DNA from: Lama glama
Taxonomy: Eukaryota
Direction of reading: 5' to 3'
Assembly: GCA_028534125.1 (NCBI GenBank)
Contig: CM052816.1
Span: forward strand, 49,044,001 to 49,108,000
Length of the DNA stretch: 64,000 nt
Shown: positions 40,192 through 50,899 of the stretch, piece by piece
How the letters are laid out: every line of letters begins with the position of its first letter
Position numbering within the stretch: the stretch's first letter is position 1
Notes under the pieces: model-generated
Database searches by the model: none
Seen by the model: only the letters and a program-made list of their open reading frames with translations
Told to the model about the DNA's origin: nothing
Position numbers and translations under genes: made by a program

Positions 40192-42208
40192 TTTTTTAAT
40201 TGAAGTATGGTCAGTTACAATGTATCAATTTCTGGTGTACAACATAATTTTCAGTCATACGTATACATACAGATAATTATTTTTGTATTTTTTTCATCAT
40301 AGGTTACTACAAGATACTGAATATAGTTCCCTGAGCGATACAGAAGAAATTTGATTTTTATCTATTTTGTGTATTATAGTTAGTATTTGCACACCTCAAA
40401 CTCCCAAATTATCCCTTCCCACCCCCTGTCCCCCTGGTAACCGTAAGTTTGTTAACTAGATCTGAGAGTCTGTTTTTGTTCTGTAGGTAAGTTCATTAGT
40501 GTCTTTTTTTTTTTCATTTTTGGGGTAACACATATGAGTGATATCATATGGTATTTTTCTTTCTCTTTCTGGCTTATTTCACTTAGAATGATGATCTCCA
40601 CATTCATTAGTGTTGCTGCAAAATGGCATTATTTTATTATTTTTTATGGCTGAGTAGTATTCCATTATATAAATATACCACAATTTCATTATCCAGTCAT
40701 CTGTCAGTGGACATTTAGGTTGTTTCCCTGTCTTGGCTATTGTATATAGTGCTGCTGTGAACATTGAGATACATGTATCTTTTTGAATTAGAGTTCCTTC
40801 CTGATACATGCCCAAGAGTGGGATTGCTGGATCATATGGTAAGTCTATTTTTAGTCTTTTGAGGAATCCCCATACTGTTTTCCATAATGGCTTCACCAAA
40901 ATGCATTCCCACCAACCATATAGGAGGGTTCCCTTTTCTCCACACCCTCTCCAGCATTTATTGTTTGTTGACTTTTTAATGACAGCCATTCTAACTGGTA
41001 TGAGGTGATACCTCATTGCTGTTTTGATTTGCATTGCTTTGACAATTAGTGATATTAAGCATTTTTTTATGTGCCTATTGGCCATTGTATGTCTTCATTG
41101 GAGAATTGCCTGTTTAGGTCTTCTGCCTTATTTGGATTGGGCTATATTTTTTTGTGTGTTATTAAGTTGTATGACCTGTTTTTATATTTTGGAATTTAAA
41201 CCTTTGTCATTTGCATCATTTGCAAATATTTTCTCCCATTCCATAGATTGTTGTTTTGTTTTCCTTATGGTTTCCTTAGCTGTGTAAAAGATCATAAGTT
41301 TAATTAGGTCCCATTTGTTTATTTTTGCTTTTATTTCCAATGCCTGGGTAGACTGCTCTAGGAGAACCTTGCTAAGATTTCTGTCAGAGAATATTTTGAG
41401 TATGTTTTCTTCTAGAAGGATTAGTGTCTTGTCTTATATTTAAGTTCTTAAGCCATTTTGAGTTCATTTTTATGTATGGTGTAAGGGAGTGTTCTAACTT
41501 CATTTATTTACATGTGACTGTCCAGTTTTCCCAACACTACTTGCTGAAGAGACTGTCTTTTCTCTGTTGTATATTCTTGCCTCCTTTGTCAATGATTGAC
41601 CATAGTCTGTGGGTTTATTTCTGGGCTCTGTCTTCTGTTACATTGATCCATATGTATGTTTTTGTGCATGTGCCACACTGTTTTGATTACTGTAGCTCTG
41701 TAGTATTGTCTGAAGTCTGGGAAAATTATGTCTCCAGATTTGTTCTTTTTCTTCAGTACTGCTTTGGGAATTCTGGGTCTTTTGTGATTCCATATAAGTT
41801 TTAGGATTGTTTCTTCTATTCCTGTGAAAAATGTCCTGGGTAATTTGATAGGGATTACATTAAATCTTTAGATTGATTTGGGGAGTATGGCCATTTTAAC
41901 AATATTAATTCTTCCAATCCAAGAACATGGCATATCTTCCCATTTCTTTAAGTCATCTTTAATTTCCTTGATCAATATTTTATAGTTCTCCACATATAGG
42001 TCTTTCACCTGCTTGGTCAGATTTATTGCTAAGTATTTTATTGTTTTTGATGTGATTTTAAAAGGGATTGTTTCCTTACTTACTTTTCCAATAATTCATG
42101 TTTAGTTTAAAGAAATGCAACTGATTTCTGTATGTTAATCTTGTATCCTGCTACCCTGTCATATTCTTTTATCAGCTCTAGAAGTTTTTGTGTGGAGTAT
42201 TAGGGTTT
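40192..42208 (-). mobile_element. Youngest L1 in the window: 5'-truncated ~2.0 kb cetartiodactyl (camelid-like) L1
   Basis: Well-preserved ORF2 3' half and 3'UTR (ttgaagtatggtcagttacaatgtatcaatttctggtgtacaacata...gatacagaagaaatttga); ~30-bp TSD (see findings). Confidence 0.95.
40579..41085 (-). pseudogene. L1 ORF2p C-terminal domain remnant
   Basis: [44 protein letters not shown]...YDPAIPLLG matches the ORF2p cysteine-rich domain; the His of Cx3Cx7Hx4C reads Tyr. Confidence 0.95.
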
Positions 42209-45184
42209 TCTGATAAATGTTAAGATTTGTACTATATTGTTTATAGTGAGCTCCTTTTCTTCCAATAACTTTTATATGTGATTACATTCATATCTGCTGA
42301 AGGGAAAACCTGTAATGTTCTAAATACTACCAATAATAACTTTTAGCTATATCAATCAATACAATAATCTTAGAATTCACCACTCAGGACTTAAAAACTA
42401 ATACCTGAAAACTTTACTTGGCTGAGTTGTTGACTATAAGAGAAAAGAATATCAAATACTGTAATTCGTTTGGTTTAATGAAGATTTTTTAGCTGTATTT
42501 TGCATAATATATTAAATATTATGTTTTCCAAATAAAGGTATGTAACTTTTGCTATACACTAAAGGTGTTTGCAAAAGGACATAAAAAAAGTGAAATCTGA
42601 TGTGATACATATAAGCTCAGAGAAAACAATTAAAAACCCCCAGTATTTCTTAGACAACACTATTAACAATATTAATTAAATTATTTACATTGTTTTCCTA
42701 TGTTAAGATTATTTTTATTTTCCTATAGTCAACTTTATAAAGTTTAGTCTCTAGTTCTTGCTCATTTTATCCATATCAAAATATATTTAGTTAATAAAGC
42801 ATAATATAATATTTATTGCATCATTCAGTGAAATAAATGTTAAATTATGGACTTATTTTATTCAAACTTTTGAAGATTAGCCAAGCAATTAATTATGTTA
42901 AATATAAAATATATAACCTTTCTTGCCTCTCTCTAAATATATGCATTTCATTAAATTCTGAGGGACTTTTCTCTGTACTTATAGTTAAAGACCTTGAAGA
43001 TATGCAAAAAAAACCTCTATGGCTATTGTCCTTTTAAATCCTAATAAAAAAATCAGGTGCAGGGCCTTGAGCTTTAAGAGCTCCTTAGAGAGAGAAAGCA
43101 ATAATTACTGAGTTGAGGCAAATGTAATTCTGGACTTTAATTGCAAGAACAAGGACAAAAATCAAAATTAGAGAGATGTCTAACCTTCAGGATATGTTTA
43201 AGGGCATTTAGTCATTAATTTAAAATAAATGCTAGCAATAAAAAAAACAAGCAAATATTACTTAGCATTCCTTAGTTTGATTAGGAAAATCAACCAAAGA
43301 AATTTTTTTGGGGTTTTTAAGACATCAGAGTTTTGTGGAATTTTTTTTTCATTCATCATTCAGACCTAATCTGGAAATACATATTCAACATGAATTACAT
43401 TTATCAGACAGCATCTCTGTATGAATGTTAATGGATATTATCAAATCAGTGTGTCAGGAACTCTGGACCCAACAGGATCTTGGTCAAAGCCTTTCTTCTG
43501 GATTAGAATAATTTATGCTGGTGCAGACTTCTCATCATTGGCTCCATGCAAAACTTAGTTCTAATAATTTTTAACCCAAGTTTCATATATGCTTGCAACT
43601 TAAAATGATGTCATATTATGAAAAACACCTCTTCTTCACTCCTACCATTTAACTTTGTATTTGTTTCTGATTTGTTGATTTTCCTTCCATTCATTTACAG
43701 TGCAGTACTTTGTTCCCATTTTGAAATTTAATTGTTATTTCTGAAGTGAGATTTTTCTTTCTAATTTTTTTGTGTCTACTTTTAATATTGGCACTTCTTT
43801 CTTGCACATTTAATTGAAATTCCTCTGTAAAATATCTTTTCATTAATCTAAAAAATTATTCTGCAGTTTATTTCAAAACGCTTTGAGCATTTTGTTTGAT
43901 CTCTTCTGAACTCCCTTCAGTTTCAAAAGAGAATTAATCAGTTTAAAGTTCAAGACACTGATTACTTCGCCTGTCTAACATGTACTGATTCCATTTGTAT
44001 ACACAAATGTAGGATTCAGTTAATTACTTTAATTTTTTTGAGTCCTATCCAGTTTGTATGTTATTATTATAATTATATGATACCTTATACTTCTCCTATA
44101 TTATTCAGAGTTCTCATTTCTATTCCATATATACTTTTAGGGACACTAAGTACTTCCGTGAATTCAGATTGCATTTTACACTAAAACTGCTACTCAGGAT
44201 TTGATATAAGGGGACTTTTAAAATGCTATTAATTATCAGGTAAAACAAACAAATGACTTAGGATTTATTTAAATTACAAGAATTTTTAAAACTGATAAAA
44301 TCACTCATTTATTTAAAGGAATGTGATCTCTGTAGTGTGTGTATCTGCATGAGCCGCACAACCTCCAACACTATCTACATTTATATGTAAATTGTGAATG
44401 ATAATCACAGATTCTCAAATTCATGTTAATGAGTCTGAAAGGTTCTATGAACATCTAGGAGATTCAATCTCATTTTTTAATCCCTGAGTAAACAAAGTGA
44501 TTAATACATTTTTAGTTTTGAAAGTGATTTATTATGTTTAGTTTCACAAAGTATCAAACCAAAGGATTTATGCTTAATTTTTAAAGAAACTAGAACTTTC
44601 ACTCTATTTCAGTTATAGTTTATTGAAATTTTAATTATATCCATTCACTTAATCATTCACTGAACAAATGGCTAAAGAGTCTTGGGCATGAAATCCTTTG
44701 TTAAACCCACCTTGATGTATTTCATAACACTTTACAAGGAAGATCCATGGTTTTGCATGCAGATTATCAAACTTACACATGATTAGCATAAGACATTAGA
44801 GTACATTGATCTCTAATGATTCTGAGTAGTTAAGATATCATTAAGTGTGATGACATTCTCTTCTTTGTCATCAGCTCCACAGATTGAGTACCACAGGTTT
44901 GCAGGATTGAATATATCTGTTGAAATGAGGTTAGTTTGGTAGTCCAGTTCTGTGTAGATGGTAAGTTCCTTTGAGTTCTGAGTATCCTAAGGGTATCTGA
45001 GAAGAAGCTTGCCAACATTGACTTTTATTAGAATATTACTGTGCAAAAAATAATTTTTTAATAATGAAGTTTCATTTTGTCTAAATATGCACTCACCAAT
45101 TCATTCAGTGGACACTGCCCTCATGAGGTTAACAGTTTAGGCATTTACTCCAGATCAAAACTAACCACACGTGAAAGAGACATT

Positions 45185-45720
45185 TCCTGTTTTTATCTGT
45201 TCAACATTCTTTCCTTTTTCTTCTGATAAAAAAATAATCCATGTGATTGGGTGGTCTGTAGTTTCTCCCATCCTGTCCTCAAAGAGATACACTCACAACC
45301 AAGATCATTATGTCTGCCATGTCTTATGGATTGTTAGCTAAGGGAGAGAAACATAACCCAAATCTGGACAAGCAGACTCTTCTCCAGAATTTTAATGAAA
45401 TCATAGGGAAAGTTGCACTTTCCTCTCTTTTCTGGATTCACTAGGTAAAAGGAAGATGTGAACCTCAAACTGCTGTTAGATCACCTTGTAAACATGTGGG
45501 AAGAGACTGCTTGAAAATCAAATTATTGCAGAGAAAAAATAAACTAAAAGACAGAAACAGAGTTCTGATCTATCATTTGTGACCCTAAATCTAGCCATTT
45601 CTGAAGCTACACTGCTTAGGTGAACCTTCCTATTGTGTCAACCAGTAAATTCCCAGATGAGATTAAAGTAGTTTAGGTTAAACTTCTGTTATTTGCAATA
45701 AAAATGTTTCATAATATTAC
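45185..45720 (+). mobile_element. LTR16-like ERVL solo LTR
   Basis: 3' end ctagccatttctgaagc...ccagtaaattccc...ttaaagtagtttaggttaaacttctgttatttgcaa. Confidence 0.6.
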
Positions 45721-46043
45721 CTTAGGCTAATATACTTACTGATTACAAAGTAACCCTTACTTGTAAAAGAAAAAATCAGAAAATGATATCTTGTATAACA
45801 TCACAACAACAAAAATTTGGCTTCTCAAAAGGATTAATGGTGCAGATGTGTGTGCGTGAGCATGTGAAAGAAAGAGGGGGGCAAGAAGTTAGAGAGTAAA
45901 AGAGAGAGTGAGAAAGAGGAAGAGAAAGTGTGAGTTTGGTACTCCTTAGTAATGAATTTACTCAAAATATTTGTAACTTTAAATGAAAAACATAATTACA
46001 GGAAGTCATTTATATATATAAAATCAACACTTATATAACATAT

Positions 46044-46045
<2 letters not shown>

Positions 46046-46075
<30 letters not shown>
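46046..46075. repeat. (CA)n microsatellite
   Basis: Direct reading. Confidence 0.95.
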
Positions 46076-46077
<2 letters not shown>

Positions 46078-48397
46078 GCAACTATAATTAAAGTCAAGAA
46101 TACCCTAGGGTTAATAAAGGAGCTAAGTCTGTTATTCTGGGTTTGGAATTCTTTATTAATATAGATTTTTAGTGTTAGTGCTGGAAGTTTAAATAAAAAT
46201 TCCTCCAAAATACCTGCTTTAATCTCAGATACTTACAGAGAAAGTATGCGTTTCCTTAGGAGAGCTGTTTATTTTATATTGAAAAAGATAAAAGGACTTT
46301 CATTAAGTGTTTGCTTAGAGGTCAGTAATTTAAACTTACAATATGACAGAAGTTAATGTGTTTACTAATCATAACCCTATAGGAATATTAATCAAATGTG
46401 AAGAAAAAAAAATCTAGTGACAACCATATGGTACAGTGAGAACAAGTGTTCCAACTCCTGAGGGGAAGGGGAAATATTCTCCTAAGAGACAGCATAATTA
46501 AAGTGAGAAAAATGTCCTTCTACAAAAAGCAAGTTCTAAGAACAAAGAACACTCAACATAATTGTAGGAAAGAATTATGAAATAATTAAGAATAAATATA
46601 CTCTGCGCAGAGATACGGAGAAGAATATAGCATATTAGTAAATGTCACTTAGAAAATCATTAAACACAATGAGTAAATGTTAGCAAATGAGAAAAAATAT
46701 ATCACAATATTCTTATGTATTTAGTACAGCAGAGAGTACTAGAAAGAAAAATAAACCACACAGATAACTAATAACTGAAAGTTCCATGTAATTATTTTTC
46801 AGTCTTTGAAATGTGAGTAAAGGATCTGCCAATTTGTATTTAATTGATAATTTTAAATGCAGGAAAGTGGATATTGGATCATTTCCCATATTTCATTCTT
46901 AATTGAATACATATATGATATAACCTATGTTACAAGTCAGAGAATCTTGCCCCTGTCCAAGGTACAATTTTATGTAGAGTGAAACAAAATAAAGATAATG
47001 TTGTGTTTTTAAGCATATATATTATACACTTTGTATCTCTGTGTTTCCAGATTAATATTGCTAGTACCCTAAAAATGCCTTGTAATATGGCCTTCCTGTT
47101 CTATGAAAATTATGACAATTGTAATTGAGAACCCACATACTAGAAAAATGTACAGGGAGGTGGCATCTAGTGGGTAGAGACCAAGATGATGGTAAACAAC
47201 ATGCTTTTCACAGGATAGCCCCTTAAATCAAAGATATGCTTGGGCCAAAATGTCATCAAAACACAACTCAGGGTGATGACTCAAAGCAACAGTTATAGAT
47301 GAAGAAACTGAGACGTTGAAAATGTATCTTTGCCTAAAGTTGCCAAGCAACTAATAGTCTGTAGGAAAATATTCAAGGTAGGAAACAAACTCCTATTCCA
47401 GATACTAATTTGCAACTGAATTGTGAACAAGTTTTTTAAAAATGTCTGATGTAACATTTATCCTTTTATTTTTCTCTGACCCTTTTCATTTCTCTCTGAC
47501 ATTTTAGTTCAGTAAAGAGTTTTTTCAGTTGTACCTGATGAATTAGTTCCCTCACTTCTCTTCGAAATTAGACTCCATAAGTCTTCCCATTTTGGTAATA
47601 GCAAATCTTTGAAGGCTCTTCTCACATGCTTGATTCAATCACTACTTAAGCAGATCATGTGTTTTTAAATCATATTTCATGAGGCAGAATTGTCATACTT
47701 TACTTTCTCTAGTATGAGACTACATCATCTTTAGAAGTAACCTAAATTAGGCATATTATTATTTTTCTTTCCTAAATGATATTTCATTAATTTATATTTT
47801 GATACTGTCTCTGCTAGTATTGTTTTCTTATATAATACCCATGTATATCATATTTCATATAATTTGTGTTCTAGAATTGTTTTCTCCCACAGTAAGCCAT
47901 CTGTCAAACCTTACCTGTATTTCAAGTTTGTTGAATTCTGTAGACTTTTCTATATTTGTTTTTCATTAGTGATTATTTATTATTGAGGATAAGTGTCTAT
48001 ATGAATGATCTGGGTGAGCATCAATAGAGTTGATATTGAGCTCATGGGTGTGGCTCAGAATTGTCTTTTTTGTCCACAGAGTTCAACACTGAGGGAAGGA
48101 CAGAAATTGCTTTCCATTGTGACACAGCATAAAATATTGGGTATACAATGAAAGATCTCTGCCTAACCTTGTCTGATATTCCTACAGAATGTTAGGACTT
48201 TGTAAAGAAATGTTTAAATTGACATAATTTCAAATGGCATATCTTGTCATATAATAAGCCTAAGATTTAGTGGAGGAAAAAAATTACCCTTTAAAGGAAA
48301 CGAGGCAGATTTCCTGTAGGGTACTGCCATAAAGAACCACTCTAACGCATTAGGTATAGATGAATATGAATTGTGGTATTTTGTTGAAAGGGGTCAT

Positions 48398-48443
48398 TTA
48401 TTTTTATTTTTATTTTTTGATTTAATTTTATTTTTTATTGAGT
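48398..48443 (-). mobile_element. Near tail-only retroinsertion (actcaataaa plus A-rich tail) with degenerate 14-bp TSD
   Basis: ttgaaaggggtcat (48384-48397) and ttgaaaggagtctt (48444-48457) flank a T-rich run ending ttttattgagt. Confidence 0.6.
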
Positions 48444-49519
48444 TTGAAAGGAGTCTTGAACTGATATATCAAAGTTTTATTGTTATGTTAAATTTCAAAA
48501 ATAACCCTATTTTCATTGAGATTATTATATGAATAATGGAAGTTTATTATAGAAACCTTAAAACAAATAATTATATTTACTTATATATTTATATCATTGT
48601 TTCTTCAAACATTTATATATTTATTTGCAAAAATTGGAGAGCAAGCATAATACATTAGTTTAATTCTCATTAATTCATTCACATTTATATGAGGAAGATG
48701 CTTTTATTCACTCAATATAGTACAAAATATATTTAAATAGTTGTATAATATTCAATATAATTCAAGTATATCAATGTACTAGATTTATTTAAACTTTTCA
48801 TTATTAGTCACTGATATCACTTCCACTTATTTTCTCTTAAAATTCAACAAATATTTTAATTCAAAAGTATTTTTTCTCTTTATTTTCAGTTTATAGAAGT
48901 TGGAATTACTGGTTAGATATTTTTAAGCTACCTTATCACATACTTTCCCACCATGAGAGTTTAATAAGTATCTTTGATTTATTAGGTTTTTATTTTTGTA
49001 TAGTTAGCTGTCATATCCATCTGAAAATTATTTTCATATTGAGAGTTAGTTCATACTATAACTTAATGTTTCTCAAATTTATAATTGATTTTCTCGAAAG
49101 CAATGTTGTGTAATTCTTCATCCACTGATCCAAATGAGATGTGCTGCAAGTCTGATAAATTCATACTTCATTATCATGCTGCTTAATTTATAAAGCTTTT
49201 GAAAATCAGGTGTTAATTTTCTATAATTACTTGTCTTTCCTTATTACTTTAATTTTTCAAAAACTTCTTCATAGTTCTTACACAGTTTTGTGTCAGATTA
49301 CATATTATTATCAGGTTCTTCCATAAATAGAAGCTGGGCTTTAATTGAATTTTCATTAGAAATTATTCTTTAGTTGAGAAAACTGTTTATGTTCACAATT
49401 TTATTCTTCCTAGACAAAAACATTTATTAAATAAATACGCTGTGGTAAAGTTTTATATGATCTACATATAGGGCTTGCATTTTTTATTTTACCCTATTCT
49501 AGGCCCAGTTCTTAAATGT

Positions 49520-49652
49520 AACACATTTATTCACCACTACAGCCCCTTGATGCCTGTATTATCATTATCTCATTTTATAGCTGTAACAACAGAGATGCTG
49601 AGGGATTTTTAAGACCATCTAAGTGGCACAGAACTATGGAGTAATGGAGCCA
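49520..49652 (-). mobile_element. MIR SINE fragment
   Basis: tattatcattatctcattttatagctgtaacaacagagatgctgagg...ggcacagaacta. Confidence 0.6.
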
Positions 49653-49761
49653 CTGCGATATATATTTTTAATAAAAGTACTTACCATATAAATATATATG
49701 TTATACATCATCAATGATGTATATTTATAAATGTATATATAACTGTGTTCTAATAATATGG

Positions 49762-49763
<2 letters not shown>

Positions 49764-49796
<33 letters not shown>
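49764..49796. repeat. (TA)n microsatellite
   Basis: Direct reading. Confidence 0.95.
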
Positions 49797-49799
<3 letters not shown>

Positions 49800-49897
49800 G
49801 CACAGACACAAGTACATATACTCACACACAAATATGCTTTCAATTGTTTGTTGTTGGTGTATAAGAAAACTGTGTTATTTATTATCATTTATACTGC

Positions 49898-50374
49898 TGT
49901 TGTAGGTTAAATTGTGTCCCCCAAAAAGATATGTTGAAGTTCTAACTCCTTATACCTATGAATGTGACTTATTTGGAAAGAGTGTATTTGCAGATGTAAT
50001 GAAGTTAAGATGAGTTCACAGTAGATTAGGAATCCTGATCCAGTATGACTGATGCCCTAAGAAGAGAAACCAGGTGCAGGGAGGAGAATGCCACATGAAG
50101 ACACAGATACAGGCAGACACAGAGGTGTATGTGCATACAGCCAGGTGAAGAACGAGACAGAGATTGTAGTATCCCTGCCAGGAGCCAAGAAGCCCCTGAG
50201 GCTAGTAGAGCTGCAAGAGGCAAGAAGGAATCCTTCCCTAGAGGCTTCAGAGGAAGTATGACCTTGCTAAAACCTTTACATATTTTGAATTTCTATCCTC
50301 CAGAACCTTGGGACAATAAATTTCTGCTTTTTTTAGACAACTAGTTTGTGATACAGCAGCCCTAAGAAATCAAA
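49898..50374 (+). mobile_element. MLT1C-like MaLR solo LTR
   Basis: tgttgtaggttaaattgtgtcccccaaaaagatatgttgaagttctaac...gacaataaatttctgc...acagcagccctaagaaa; ~475 bp. Confidence 0.9.
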
Positions 50375-50899
50375 GGTGGAATTTTCATATTACTTCTAAT
50401 AATTTTCGTTTGATTTTAGTATATTTAGACAACTATTTTTCTGTGAAACAACTGAAATTTGTTTTCTAATTCTTATTGTGTATGTCTGAGCATATTAGCT
50501 AATACTTCAAAAACAAACTTTGATCATTACCATGATATTGTACTTCCCTTGGCATTCACTATAATGAGACTCATCTAGTGTTGCACAGGCTGCTCATTTG
50601 TTTTATTATTGGTATTAAATCTTGTTTAGGGAAGATACATTACTAGACTATTCAAAGTCCTATAAGGAATATTTTGAACTTGATACATGTTTTAGCAGCT
50701 ATTGTAATAATAATAATTTTCCACGTTATATTAGATATGTTTATGTCTATCAGAGCAATATATTTTTATTGGCCAACTATTCTTGTACTCCCAGGAAAAA
50801 TTATTTTAAAATAATAATACAGTAATCTTAAATATAATCCATAATTTCATTTGTTAGATTTTATATATGATTCCTACAACTATATTCAGTAATTGTCTT

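Larger units (their letters stand above)
48640..50895 (-). mobile_element. Very degenerate ancient L1, interrupted by MIR, (TA)n and MLT1C
   Basis: Scattered antisense ORF2-like motifs (ttaattgaatttttcattagaa; caattgtttgttgttggtgtataagaaaactg; tattcttgtactcccagga). Confidence 0.5.

Noticed and set aside
40579..41085. Longest ORF (168 aa) as a functional gene
   Set aside because: It is the C-terminus of L1 ORF2p in a 5'-truncated copy lacking promoter, ORF1 and endonuclease; the zinc-knuckle His is substituted.
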